Assembly: GCA_028817775.1 (NCBI GenBank)
Contig: JAPPOW010000214.1
Location: forward strand, 1 to 33,922
Length of the DNA: 33,922 nt
DNA from: Candidatus Melainabacteria bacterium
Lineage (GTDB): Bacteria; Cyanobacteriota; Vampirovibrionia; LMEP-6097
Reading direction: 5' to 3'
Shown: positions 1 to 9,647 of the stretch, in pieces
Position numbering within the stretch: the first letter of the stretch is position 1
Layout of the letters: each line of letters starts with the position of its first letter
Made by a program: the position numbers and the translations under genes
Notes under the pieces: model-generated
Told to the model about the DNA's origin: nothing
Database searches by the model: none
The model's input: only the letters and a program-made list of their open reading frames with translations

Positions 1-165
1 ATCTTGGGATAATCATGTATTACATGTCTTGGTAAATAATTATAACCCTTATTAGGCCCGTAATAGCTGAAGTTTTTCTATATAGTCAATACCTTAAGGA
101 AAACTAATATTGACAGTTAATATAAGTCGCAGAAAATTAGGTGAGTTCCACTAAAATTTGGAAGC

Positions 166-1266
166 TTATTTTTCTAAGCCCTCAGTAAGGCATTCAGAGC
201 CCTTTGGGGTTACCACTACATCATCTTCGATGCGGACACCAATTTTCTTGGATTTAATATAGATACCTGGCTCCACAGTAGTCACCATGCCAACAACATA
301 CTTAGTGGTTTTCTTGTCGACACCGACATCATGTACGTCCATCCCTAGTGAGTGACCGGTACCGTGCATATAAAATTGTTTGAGTTCTTCTGGGTCGTTT
401 TTGTCCTTCATATAACCAAGGTCGACTAAACCTTCAGCTATCACATTGCAGGCAGCATCATGACTTTCTTGGAAACTTGCTCCTGGTTTAATGGTGGCAA
501 TCGCTGCTTGCTGGGCAGCTATAACCAGATCATAGATATCTTGTTGAGCTTGAGACATTTTGCCACTTGCATGATGCACTCGAGTAATGTCACTAGCGTA
601 GTATTGATACTCACAACCAGCATCAATCAAAATCAAGTCATTTTTGTCGATTTTTTTCTTGTTCTCTATATAGTGCAAGGTGCAAGCGTTAATTCCTGAA
701 GCAACGATTGCTGGATAAGCGCAGCCACTGGCTCCCTGTGATCTGAAAACCTGATAGAGAGCAGCTTCCACTTCATACTCATAAATTCCAGGGGTGATTA
801 ATTCAGCAGCTACCCTGTGTGCTTGTACCGCAATTGCAGCCGACTTGCGCATCACTTCAGTTTCAGCCTTGGATTTAATGCTGCGCATGCTATGCACCAA
901 TTCTTCTAGTTCTTTGGCGTCTTGAATTTCTTTGTAGTCATGAATATCATAACTAGCATCAGCATTGAAATTTTCTTTGGCTCCCTCAAGTCCTTCTCGA
1001 TACCCGTCCCAAAGTTCATGCTTAGGATCATAAGGTTCAACATAGAGTGAGTATGGGTTGTCAGCTTGTGGGTCCAGTACACATATGGCATTAGGCTCGG
1101 TGAAGCCTGTGAGGTAATAAAAATTACTATCTACTCTAAATGGATAATGAACATCATTGGAGAAATTCTTGAGTTGTCCGCTCTTGAATACTGCTCTACC
1201 ACCGGTTTCCTTGAGATAGTCAAGGACTTTGGTACGGCGGGATTTAAACTCTTCTTTTGTGATCAT
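166..1266 (-). CDS. pepP: Xaa-Pro aminopeptidase (M24B)
   Basis: N-terminal 'YPFRVDSNFYYLTGF' AMP_N motif. Metal ligands in IDAG, ASDITR, HSLGMDVHD, TVEPG and RIEDD. Overlaps the upstream gene by 4 bp. Confidence 0.93.
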   Translation of the reverse strand: MITKEEFKSRRTKVLDYLKETGGRAVFKSGQLKNFSNDVHYPFRVDSNFYYLTGFTEPNAICVLDPQADNPYSLYVEPYDPKHELWDGYREGLEGAKENFNADASYDIHDYKEIQDAKELEELVHSMRSIKSKAETEVMRKSAAIAVQAHRVAAELITPGIYEYEVEAALYQVFRSQGASGCAYPAIVASGINACTLHYIENKKKIDKNDLILIDAGCEYQYYASDITRVHHASGKMSQAQQDIYDLVIAAQQAAIATIKPGASFQESHDAACNVIAEGLVDLGYMKDKNDPEELKQFYMHGTGHSLGMDVHDVGVDKKTTKYVVGMVTTVEPGIYIKSKKIGVRIEDDVVVTPKGSECLTEGLEK

Positions 1267-2501
1267 GCAACTGCGTTAAATGCTTGCTCCAAATCATTCT
1301 CTAGGTCTTCAACATTTTCAATACCGACAGAGATCCTTACTAGATTATCATTGATTCCAAGTTCTAACCTGCGCTCACGCGGCACGGCAGCGTGAGTCAT
1401 ACTGGCTGGATGTCCAATTAAACTTTCCACTCCACCAAGTGATTCAGCCAGCTGGAAGATATTAGTCGAGCTTACTAATTTTTTGACAGTGTCAAAATCA
1501 CCATCAAACTCAAATGAGAGCATACCGTTGTAAGCTGACATCTGTTTCTTATAAAGTGCATGCTGAGCATTGGACTCTAGTACTGGGCAGTGAACTGCTT
1601 TGACCTTAGGATGGGCTTCAAGCCAGTTGGCGATGGTGACACAGTTACTATGATGCTGGCGCATACGTACTGCTAGAGTCTTCATACCTTTCATCAAGAT
1701 CCAACAATCAAATGGTCCAGCTAGATTACCAGTGGCATTCTGGTTGTACTTAAAGGTCTCGGCTAAGTTTTCATCTTTGACAACTATAGCGCCAATCAAA
1801 ACATCAGAGTGACCACCAAGATATTTGGTACCTGAGTGCACTACTATATCAACCCCTAGATCAAGCGGGCGCTGCAAGAATGGAGTTGCAAAAGTATTAT
1901 CAAAGCCAACTAAGATCTTCTCGTCATCCTTACGACCAGCATTGACTTTATTGACTTCAGCAACAATTGCTTCAATGTCGCACAGCCTCATCAATGGATT
2001 AGTTGGTGACTCCAGCCAAACTAACCTAGTACTGTCTTTGATGGCTCCAGTGATATTGTTGATCTCGCGAGCATCAACAAAGTCATAACTTAAACCGATA
2101 GGACTCATGATTTCATTGAACAAGCGATGAGCGCCACCATAAAGATCCGAAGAAGAAATGATATGATCGCCTGGTTTAAAGATTTGCATCACGGCATGAA
2201 TCGCAGCAATCCCAGAAGGGTAGATACCAGCATAAATTCCGTTCTCGAGTGAAGCGAGTACATCGGCACAAGCAGTGCGAGTTGGGTTACCGGTGCGTGA
2301 GTAACAGTAACCCTTGTTGTCATCAATGCCAGCTTGAGTATAAGTAGAAGTTTGATAGATAGGAAAGATAGTTGAGCCAGTTGCAGGATCAGGTGCTTGC
2401 CCAACTAAAATAGAACGAGTTTCAAAACCCCAAGTTTTTTCAAGTTTCTTTTGGGCTTCATTAAGTTCAACCCGAGTACTGTGGTCTGCGCGGCCTTTCA
2501 T
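1263..2501 (-). CDS. Cystathionine gamma-synthase/gamma-lyase family PLP enzyme (probable start MKGRADH at 2501)
   Basis: PIYQTSTY, YSRTGNPT, WLESPTNP, DNTFATP, HSGTKYLGGHSD (PLP lysine) and AESLGGVESLI motifs. The ORF extension to 2588 runs into the inverted repeat. Confidence 0.92.
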   Translation of the reverse strand: MKGRADHSTRVELNEAQKKLEKTWGFETRSILVGQAPDPATGSTIFPIYQTSTYTQAGIDDNKGYCYSRTGNPTRTACADVLASLENGIYAGIYPSGIAAIHAVMQIFKPGDHIISSSDLYGGAHRLFNEIMSPIGLSYDFVDAREINNITGAIKDSTRLVWLESPTNPLMRLCDIEAIVAEVNKVNAGRKDDEKILVGFDNTFATPFLQRPLDLGVDIVVHSGTKYLGGHSDVLIGAIVVKDENLAETFKYNQNATGNLAGPFDCWILMKGMKTLAVRMRQHHSNCVTIANWLEAHPKVKAVHCPVLESNAQHALYKKQMSAYNGMLSFEFDGDFDTVKKLVSSTNIFQLAESLGGVESLIGHPASMTHAAVPRERRLELGINDNLVRISVGIENVEDLENDLEQAFNAVA

Positions 2502-2525
2502 AGAAATATGAATATAACACGTAAG

Positions 2526-2653
2526 CCAAAGCGGGGCCGCGTCTCCCCATTTCACTTTTCCAGATAACATCGCATCGCACACGGCCACCAGTCCGGAAGG
2601 AACGCCGGATGTTATCTGGAAAAGTGAAATGGGGAGATGCGGCCCCGCTTTGG
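2526..2653. mobile_element. MITE-like long inverted repeat (46-bp arms, 1 mismatch, 36-nt spacer)
   Basis: 2526-2571 is the reverse complement of 2608-2653 at all but one position. GC-rich, between divergent genes. Confidence 0.75.
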
Positions 2654-2668
2654 GGGCATATTTTATAT

Positions 2669-4177
2669 ATGCTCCTCAAGCAAGCGATAGCATTCGTTGA
2701 TCAGCACGCGGCGATCATCATATTACTCGGTCCAGTAGTTCTGCTGGTCTTGGTGGCCTTACACGATATTTTTCAAACTAGGCATACTATCAAGCGTAAC
2801 TATCCGGTTGTTGGCTTTTTGCGTTACTTCCTTGAAGTTATTGGTCCAGAGCTCAGGCAATACCTATTCCATGATGAGCGTTCAGACCGGCCGTTGCCAC
2901 GCTACCTACGTACCTGGGTTTATGCTCACTCCAAACAACAACTCGCTACCGTTGCCTTTGGTACTAAGAAGGATCTTGATAAACCAGGTACTATGCTGAT
3001 GCGTCATAGTCATTTCCCGGTCAATCCTAAGAACGGTGAAGCCGATAAAGACCACAAGGTTTTGATCGGCGCCAAACGCCGCTACCCTTATGAAGCTTCG
3101 ATGTTCAATATCTCAGGTATGTCCTATGGGGCACTTGGCAAAAATGCAGTCAAGGCTTTGGGCAATGGTGCCAAACTTGCAGAGTGTTTTATCAACACTG
3201 GTGAAGGTGGAGTTTCCAAATACCACTACAAGTCAGGGGCAGATTTGGTGGTTCAAATTGGTACGGCTAAATTTGGAATGCGTGATAGTGAAGGTGATTT
3301 TGATGAAAGTAAATTTTTGGAACTTGCACGTAATGCACAAGTGAAAATGTTTGAAGTCAAAATTTCGCAAGGAGCAAAACCTGGTAAGGGTGGAGTTCTT
3401 CCAAAAGAAAAAATTACTCCCGAGATTGCCAAGGCTCGTGGATTGGAGCAGGTTGATAAAGATGTCATCTCGCCACCCCGCCATAAAGAATGGGAAGATG
3501 AGGAAGGTATGCTTCGCTGGATAGAGCAACTACAGAACAAGGGTGGTAAACCTGTTGGACTTAAGTTCTGTCTTGGACGCAAAGGTTTTATGCGTCGTTT
3601 GATTGATGCAATCAACAAGACTGGGGTGATGCCAGACTTCCTTGCAGTTGATGGGGCTGAAGGTGCCACTGGCGCAGCACCACAAGCACATACTGATTAC
3701 CTTGGTTATCCACTTAAAGACGCACTCATGTATGTAGACAACATGCTTAGAGAAGCAGGAATGCGTGAAGAAATCAAAATCATAGCTTCTGGGAAAATTA
3801 TTACTGGTGCTGATCTGGCGATCATGGTTGCACTAGGTGCTGACCTTTGCCAAGGTGCGCGTGGCTTTATGCTCAGTATCGGTTGTATTCATGCACTCAA
3901 GTGCAATACCAATCACTGTCCAGCAGGGATTGCTACTCACAATCCTTGGCTAGAGCGTGGTTTAGTGATGCACGAAAAGGTACCTCGTGTTGCAAATTAT
4001 CATCACGCAGTGATTCATGAGTTCAATGGCGTTATGCATGCTTGTGGCAAGACCAGTCCCCAAGAATTCAAGAGAAGTGATGTGATGAAAGTAGTAGACT
4101 TCCATAAGATTGTCACCATGAATGAGTTGGTGCCGCAACCACCACTCAAGGCATGTCATCAAGGAGGTGAAGGTTAG
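2669..4177 (+). CDS. FMN-binding glutamate synthase family protein (YerD-like, N-terminal membrane anchor; probable start 2669)
   Basis: GMSYGALG, NTGEGG, EVKISQGAKPGKGG, PVGLK and VDGAEG motifs, plus the CX5CX4C [3Fe-4S] motif CIHALKCNTNHC. Confidence 0.9.
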   Translation: MLLKQAIAFVDQHAAIIILLGPVVLLVLVALHDIFQTRHTIKRNYPVVGFLRYFLEVIGPELRQYLFHDERSDRPLPRYLRTWVYAHSKQQLATVAFGTKKDLDKPGTMLMRHSHFPVNPKNGEADKDHKVLIGAKRRYPYEASMFNISGMSYGALGKNAVKALGNGAKLAECFINTGEGGVSKYHYKSGADLVVQIGTAKFGMRDSEGDFDESKFLELARNAQVKMFEVKISQGAKPGKGGVLPKEKITPEIAKARGLEQVDKDVISPPRHKEWEDEEGMLRWIEQLQNKGGKPVGLKFCLGRKGFMRRLIDAINKTGVMPDFLAVDGAEGATGAAPQAHTDYLGYPLKDALMYVDNMLREAGMREEIKIIASGKIITGADLAIMVALGADLCQGARGFMLSIGCIHALKCNTNHCPAGIATHNPWLERGLVMHEKVPRVANYHHAVIHEFNGVMHACGKTSPQEFKRSDVMKVVDFHKIVTMNELVPQPPLKACHQGGEG

Positions 4178-4235
4178 ATTTGTTACGAGAGCTTCAAGAG
4201 CATAACGCAGCTATTGGAGCTGTCGTGACAAATCT
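4176..4235. repeat. Short MITE-like element, family C (internally deleted copy)
   Basis: Imperfect terminal IR agatttgttacga/tcgtgacaaatct. Its ends match 4891-5037 in inverted orientation. Confidence 0.7.
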
Positions 4236-4240
4236 CTAGT

Positions 4241-4597
4241 ATGCTAAGATTTATTTCCACCATGTTTAGATTTTTCAGTTTCTTATTCGGGATTGCAGCG
4301 GGTTTTACACTTGCTCTTGTGGTCCTACCTATTCCTGGCAAAACTTTTTTCAACAGAATGTCTAAGCTGCCCCCAAGCGCCAAGGACCTAATTGATCACA
4401 GTATCAGTGTTGGTATATCTTTCTTTAGACTTGCGTTTGTGGCAGGTAAGGAATTTAATCATAGATTCTCGGATATCATGCGTGATACCAAGGCTAAGAT
4501 TGATGAACTCAACGATAAGTATTCTGATGAACTTAACAAGTTTAAAGCCAAACGCAATGGCAATCCGGAGAGTAGTAAAGAAGAAGTGAGTGTGTAA
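4241..4597 (+). CDS. YtxH-like single-TM protein with charged helical tail (start may be 4262)
   Basis: FLFGIAAGFTLALVVLP N-terminal TM segment followed by a K/E/D-rich helix. Confidence 0.6.
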   Translation: MLRFISTMFRFFSFLFGIAAGFTLALVVLPIPGKTFFNRMSKLPPSAKDLIDHSISVGISFFRLAFVAGKEFNHRFSDIMRDTKAKIDELNDKYSDELNKFKAKRNGNPESSKEEVSV

Positions 4598-4891
4598 ATG
4601 GAAGCAGAAACGACCAGCATTATTGACATAGTATTTGTATCGAGCTTAGCTCTTCTGACCTTGGCTACGATTATATTTCTGGTCTTCTTTGTGCCAGTAT
4701 TGGTGCAACTCGCTAAAGTGCTTGAATCCCTCAAAGCATTAGTTGATATCGGCCGTGACTATGTTGAAGGCGTGCGTAACAAAATCAATAACGCCGGTCA
4801 TAATGTTGGTAAGTTGCTTGATTATGCTTCTGCACTTTCTTCTACTTTAGGCAAAGCTGCATTAGATTTAATCTTCTCGAGTAGAAAATAA
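4598..4891 (+). CDS. DUF948/YtxG-like single-TM amphipathic-helix protein
   Basis: Long N-terminal TM segment, then an amphipathic helix. Abuts the previous stop and lies next to YtxH-like genes. Confidence 0.55.
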   Translation: MEAETTSIIDIVFVSSLALLTLATIIFLVFFVPVLVQLAKVLESLKALVDIGRDYVEGVRNKINNAGHNVGKLLDYASALSSTLGKAALDLIFSSRK

Positions 4892-5037
4892 TTTGTCACG
4901 ATAGCTCCAATAGGGGGCTCCGTCCTTCTATTGAATTGTTACCTCTTCGTGACCCCTAAACCCTCATTGGCTACAGCCAACTTCGGGCACGTCCTGTGGA
5001 CTTCGCAAGCCTTGCTCTTGAAGCTCTCGTAACAAAT
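4891..5037. repeat. MITE-like element, family C
   Basis: Terminal IR atttgtcacga/tcgtaacaaat. 5013-5037 is the exact reverse complement of 4178-4202. Confidence 0.72.
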
Positions 5038-5116
5038 TTAATAATAGTTGGTGTACGGGTTAAATTCCCCTACTTGGCCTGTGTGTTTTCAGGTTTGATT
5101 TTGGTATAATTAAGTT

Positions 5117-5449
5117 ATGGATAATCGTGGTAATGATGAATTTGGAAAGTTTTTCTTTGGCCTGCTTTTTGGTCTAGCAGCGGGTTTCGTTGCAGGGATC
5201 TTGAGTGCAGATAGACCAGGAAGAGAAGTGCGTCGTGATATCGAAGTCAATTCTTCTGATTTCTTTGAAACTTTGAGAGACAGAGTTGAGGATATCAGAG
5301 ACCAAGCTGCAGATACCATTAGAGATTTCAAGGGTTTTACTGATGATAAGTTGAGAGCTTCAGCAGAAAGCATTCAAACTCAAGTGGAATCACTTGGAGA
5401 GCAATTGGACGAACTAACTAGAAAACAAGCAGCTAGCTCTAAGAACTAG
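5117..5449 (+). CDS. YtxH domain-containing protein
   Basis: KFFFGLLFGLAAGFVAGILSA-DRPGREVR fits the YtxH pattern (TM, then AP.SG.E.R-like), followed by a charged helix. Confidence 0.8.
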   Translation: MDNRGNDEFGKFFFGLLFGLAAGFVAGILSADRPGREVRRDIEVNSSDFFETLRDRVEDIRDQAADTIRDFKGFTDDKLRASAESIQTQVESLGEQLDELTRKQAASSKN

Positions 5450-5458
5450 CCCCGCATC

Positions 5459-6409
5459 GTGAAAGCTTTTTACAATAAACACAAAGCAACAATCATAATG
5501 TTGTCCCCATTAATCTTGGGCTTGATGTTTTTTGTATACAGTGGCATTTCTGGTTTGATGACGGTCAAGGATGCTGAGATCTTTGAGCAAACAGAAGAAG
5601 TTCCTTTGCAGATTGGTGACTTTGAGATTCAGGAGATTGATACTGAAAGCAATCAGGTTAAGTGGATTCTCAACGCGGTCAATAGTCAATCTGACCTGAG
5701 TCAAAATCAAGCTGAGGTTGATAAGCCTAAGCTGAGTTTTTATGATCCGGATTCTAATTTTGAAGATCTCAAGTTCATTATCACTGCTAAGCGAGCTTCC
5801 TTTGATAAGGCGGAGCAGGAAATCATCCTGCGTGACAATGTACAGCTTAATACCAGTGATAAGAAGTACAAGCTGCATGCTGGACACTTGAAGTTTAATG
5901 AAACTAGACCACATTTGGTGGTTTCTAAGAATTGGACACTCAATTCGACTGATGGTTTTCAGGTCAGTGGCAGCCATGGTTTGCTTGCTAAAGATTTTTC
6001 AACCATTGATAGTCAAGGCGGAGCTCAATTACGTAAAACTCAAGATGGTGAGCTTAATTTGCGTGCTAATAAAATTCATTTGGAAACAATTGGCGACAAT
6101 GCAATCAGGGCTGAGGAGTCTGCAGTCTTGCATATCGATGAGACTACTGACCTCAAGGCTGAAGAAATAATTATCAATGCTGATGGTTCAATTCTGGCTG
6201 AGCGCTTAGTCAATGCCAAAGCCACTAATATTGATTGTTTCTCTGATCACTTGGAGATTGAGGTTGATGCTGATAAAAAACCAGTACAGGCGATATTTAC
6301 TCAGAACCCTTTTTTGATTCAGGGTGATAATACTATCTATGCTGATAAAATAATTTATGATTTTGAGACAGGCAAGGCGTCGGTAATAGGTAACGTACAT
6401 TCTGATTAG
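5459..6409 (+). CDS. lptC: LptC-like LPS export periplasmic protein with extra LptA/OstA-like beta-jellyroll region
   Basis: N-terminal TM segment, then KWILNA, PKLSFY, ITAKRASFD and IILRDNVQL LptC patterns. C-terminal QGDNTIYADKIIYD is LptA-like. Confidence 0.7.
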   Translation: MKAFYNKHKATIIMLSPLILGLMFFVYSGISGLMTVKDAEIFEQTEEVPLQIGDFEIQEIDTESNQVKWILNAVNSQSDLSQNQAEVDKPKLSFYDPDSNFEDLKFIITAKRASFDKAEQEIILRDNVQLNTSDKKYKLHAGHLKFNETRPHLVVSKNWTLNSTDGFQVSGSHGLLAKDFSTIDSQGGAQLRKTQDGELNLRANKIHLETIGDNAIRAEESAVLHIDETTDLKAEEIIINADGSILAERLVNAKATNIDCFSDHLEIEVDADKKPVQAIFTQNPFLIQGDNTIYADKIIYDFETGKASVIGNVHSD

Positions 6410-6415
6410 CTCTCG

Positions 6416-6506
6416 GTCATTGCGAGGAGTGCCACGACGAAGTAATCCAGTGGACAAGTCATGTCCGTGCATTAGATTGCTTCGTCACTTCGTTTCTCGC
6501 AATGAC
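6416..6506. repeat. REP/RPE-like palindromic doublet, family B (GTCATTGCGAG...CTCGCAATGAC)
   Basis: Two inverted hairpin units with inner AATC/GATT ends. Further copies at 15292 and 30570. Confidence 0.85.
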
Positions 6507-6521
6507 GTATAATAGTTTGAA

Positions 6522-7481
6522 GTGCTTAGCAGACTTAGTATTTTGATTTTGTTTTTATGCTACTTGCCAGCGCAAGCAGTTCCTGCCGGCATGGACAAAT
6601 TCAAAATCATCTCAGCAGATAAGCTTGATTATGAAGATGGCAATTCAACCTTAATTGGTAATGTCAAAATTGCGATTGGTGATTTTACTCTTGCAGCACC
6701 CAAGGTTTTGATTGATTCAGACGCCAATGGTGAACCGAGCTATGCTCATTTCTTAGACCAGGCAACTCTTGATTCTGAGAAAATTAGTATTGAAGCCCAG
6801 ACTATGGATATTGATGTGGCGAAGTCTTTGCTTAAGTGTTTTGCAGCAGCAGATGGCACTATTACCACAACTCTGTTTACTGCAAAACAAGCTAATTTAT
6901 ACTCTGAGTATCAAGAAATTGATTTAGTGACAGGCTTTGCCAAGGCCTCAGCTAAAGAGGGTGCCAAGATCAAATATATCAGCGAGGACTTAAGTGTTGA
7001 GTCAATTAATATGGAGCTTGAATTGAAAGATCTGCGTGAAGTGAAGTTTGTTAATTTCCTGGAAGAGGTTTCTGCAATTGGTGATGATATGAGGCTAGAG
7101 TCACGTGATTTGCTTTACTTTCCTGATCAAGAATTAATCAAAGCCAATGATGATGTTAAGCTACTCCTGTTAAACGGAGAGCAAGCAAGTTATTTATTTG
7201 CTGATGCTGCTATCTATGAGGAGCAAAGTCAATTGGTGACAGCGCTCTCGCGTAGCCTAGAGCCAGGGGCTGAAATTCATAGTGCAGGCATGTTTGGTAA
7301 AGCTAGACAGATCCAAGCCCAGCTTATCAATGGCAATCAATTGGAGTCCGCAGTTTTGACTGGTGAAGCTTATGCTCAGTATCTAGATAAATCAGTCTTG
7401 GGGCACGAGATTTTGTTTGACGCTGGCAAGCAAGAGCTGAAGACCTTAGTAGGTAGACCGAGGACAAGGTTGTTGAAATAA
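6522..7481 (+). CDS. lptA: Secreted LptA/OstA-like multi-jellyroll protein
   Basis: Signal peptide (...LPAQA|V) and IISADKLDY...LIGNVKI OstA pattern. Repeated beta-strand patterns. Directly downstream of the lptC-like gene. Confidence 0.6.
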   Translation: MLSRLSILILFLCYLPAQAVPAGMDKFKIISADKLDYEDGNSTLIGNVKIAIGDFTLAAPKVLIDSDANGEPSYAHFLDQATLDSEKISIEAQTMDIDVAKSLLKCFAAADGTITTTLFTAKQANLYSEYQEIDLVTGFAKASAKEGAKIKYISEDLSVESINMELELKDLREVKFVNFLEEVSAIGDDMRLESRDLLYFPDQELIKANDDVKLLLLNGEQASYLFADAAIYEEQSQLVTALSRSLEPGAEIHSAGMFGKARQIQAQLINGNQLESAVLTGEAYAQYLDKSVLGHEILFDAGKQELKTLVGRPRTRLLK

Positions 7482-7482
7482 A

Positions 7483-7511
7483 AAATACCGAGCCTAAATG
7501 GCTCGGTATTT
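7483..7511. terminator. Bidirectional intrinsic terminator
   Basis: aaataccgagcc-taaat-ggctcggtattt is a perfect 12-bp stem between convergent genes. Confidence 0.8.
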
Positions 7512-7534
7512 AAGTTTGTTTCTCGTCACTGCAA

Positions 7535-7762
7535 TTAAACAGCTTGCCTTGCATGTAATGCTTTGACAGCTCTTGATCTAGGCTTATTGTCCAGACCAAG
7601 GAAGCAACGTCCCATTTCTACCAATGTGCTTCGGAGTGTTTTTTCTTCTGCACCTGTAGTAGGACTATGACGAGTAACAGTTGAGGCACCGGTTCTGTGA
7701 TTAGACACAGAGCTTTGTCTCAACCCCATTGTTCGAGACTCCGGGTGGAGTCTTGTACTCAT
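7535..7762 (-). CDS. Small hypothetical protein (Ser/Thr/Arg-rich)
   Basis: Fills the gap between the terminator and panC. TATAAT lies 7 nt upstream of the ATG. Confidence 0.55.
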   Translation of the reverse strand: MSTRLHPESRTMGLRQSSVSNHRTGASTVTRHSPTTGAEEKTLRSTLVEMGRCFLGLDNKPRSRAVKALHARQAV

Positions 7763-7785
7763 GTCATTAATTATAGCCAGTTTCC

Positions 7786-8565
7786 CTATGAAAAATCAAG
7801 GGCAATATTATCAATTAATCTGGTCTTGCCCAGTTTCCCTGCAAAAAACAATCTGCCCCAGTGAACTTCAAGGTATTCAGTTTTGATTTTGTTTTGACTT
7901 AAATTAGATATAGCTGCTTCTATGCTCAGTTTTTTATTGGCGATGGCCTGCAAATTAGTGTAGATTGCTGCTGCTTGCTTGCGTTCAGGCTCACTAAGAT
8001 ATTGATTGCGTGAACTCATAGCTAGTCCACTCTCTTCACGCATGATTGGAGCTCTAATAATCTTGACCGGAATATCTAAGTGCTTAATCATTTCTTCGAT
8101 AATGATTAATTGTTGAAAATCCTTCTCACCCAAAATTGCATATTGCGGCTGCACTGCATCAAACAAAGCTTTGACCACAGTACAAACACCATCAAAGTGT
8201 CCCGGGCGACTGAGACCACAAAGCTTATTAGCTAATTCTGAATCAGCTGGGATATTCACTGGTTCACTGGGATAAATATCTTGGTAATTTGGTGCCCAAA
8301 CATAGTCAGCTAGCCCTTCAAGTAATTCAAGATCAGTTTCTAAAGTTCTAGGGTACTGATCAAAATCTTCTCCCTTACCAAACTGAAGTGGGTTGACGTA
8401 GATGCTCACCATGACTTTATCAGCATAGTTGCGTGCCAACTTTACTAAGCTCAAATGACCTTCATGAAGAGCACCCATAGTAGGAACCAGACCTAGCCCC
8501 TGAGCCAGGCTAGTCTTTTTGAGTAGGGAGGAAAGTTCCTCTCTAGTTTTGATTAGTTCAACCAT
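7786..8565 (-). CDS. panC: Pantoate--beta-alanine ligase
   Basis: VPTMGALHEGH, YVNPLQF, SRPGHFDGV, GEKDFQQ, GLAMSSRN and TRLIDN motifs. Confidence 0.96.
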   Translation of the reverse strand: MVELIKTREELSSLLKKTSLAQGLGLVPTMGALHEGHLSLVKLARNYADKVMVSIYVNPLQFGKGEDFDQYPRTLETDLELLEGLADYVWAPNYQDIYPSEPVNIPADSELANKLCGLSRPGHFDGVCTVVKALFDAVQPQYAILGEKDFQQLIIIEEMIKHLDIPVKIIRAPIMREESGLAMSSRNQYLSEPERKQAAAIYTNLQAIANKKLSIEAAISNLSQNKIKTEYLEVHWGRLFFAGKLGKTRLIDNIALDFS

Positions 8566-9647
8566 TAGTCGCGAGTATAAGTTTTGGGCAAACGTAAATT
8601 GAGTGAGGAAACAATCTCGTAACTAATTGTACCAGCGGCTTCAGCCCAAGCACTCACTGGTAGATCTTCACTCAACAGCTCAACCACATCACCAACTTGA
8701 ATATCATTATCACCAATATCAAACATCATCTGGTCCATGGTGATCAAACCTACTTGTTTAATCTCATGTCCTTTGCAGCGAGCAGTGATTTTGTTGGAGA
8801 GTACTCGTTGCACGCCATCAGCGTAACCCAGTGGTAGAGTAGCAATACGGGTATCTCGCTCAGCAGTCCAAGTACGCTTGTAGCTGACGCTTTCACCCTT
8901 GTTGATATTTTTGGTAAAACTAATTCTAGCTTTAAGTGACATCAATGGTTTGAGTTCTGGGTTCTCTAAACCATAGAGTTCGATGCCACAGCGGACATAG
9001 TCGGCTTCAATATCTGGTACTAACTTGGCTGCTTGGCTTGAACCTGGATGCTGCGGGTATTTCAAACCACTAATAAATGTTCTAAATTGTTGATACTGGT
9101 AAATTGAGTAGTCGAGGTCAGCGACATCAACAAAATGAGTGAACAAAGATTGAATTTCTAGATGTTCAAGCTTCTCAAGCTCAAACAAATCATCTCTAGT
9201 ATCGTAACGAAAGCCAATTCGATTCATACCAGTATCAAACTTAAGATGAATCTTGGCTTCTTTGCTGAGCTCTCCAGCTAGCTCGTTGAGTTTGCGTGCT
9301 GTGTCCAAATCGACAATAGTAAGCTCAATATCATTCTCAAGTGCTTGCTCCAAAGCCCACTCTGGACTGAGTCCTAGGACAATGATTCGCTTCTTGCTGG
9401 CAGCTCTAAGCTGCAAGGCTTCATCAACACTGGCAACCCCATAGCCGTGAACAAAGTCGTAAGTATCCAAGACTTTAGAAAGAATAGTTGCTCCATGACC
9501 GTAAGCGTCTGCTTTAAGTACCGGAATCAGTGGCTTGTTGAACCATGAATAAATCTGTTTGAGATTGTACTCAAGATTATCAAGATTGATTTCAAGCCAA
9601 GCATCACGCCTGTACGCTTGTTTCTCTATGGGTCTCAGTTGAACCAT
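8565..9647 (-). CDS. alr: Alanine racemase
   Basis: VLKADAYGHG (PLP lysine), HLKFDTGMNRIG, GYADG, ITMDQ and GTISYEI motifs. Confidence 0.96.
   Translation of the reverse strand: MVQLRPIEKQAYRRDAWLEINLDNLEYNLKQIYSWFNKPLIPVLKADAYGHGATILSKVLDTYDFVHGYGVASVDEALQLRAASKKRIIVLGLSPEWALEQALENDIELTIVDLDTARKLNELAGELSKEAKIHLKFDTGMNRIGFRYDTRDDLFELEKLEHLEIQSLFTHFVDVADLDYSIYQYQQFRTFISGLKYPQHPGSSQAAKLVPDIEADYVRCGIELYGLENPELKPLMSLKARISFTKNINKGESVSYKRTWTAERDTRIATLPLGYADGVQRVLSNKITARCKGHEIKQVGLITMDQMMFDIGDNDIQVGDVVELLSEDLPVSAWAEAAGTISYEIVSSLNLRLPKTYTRD

Noticed and set aside
2502-2668. Identical peptide MLSGKVKWGDAAPLW near the start of two divergent ORFs
   Set aside because: Artefact of translating the two arms of the inverted repeat. 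More plausible starts are 2501 and 2669.
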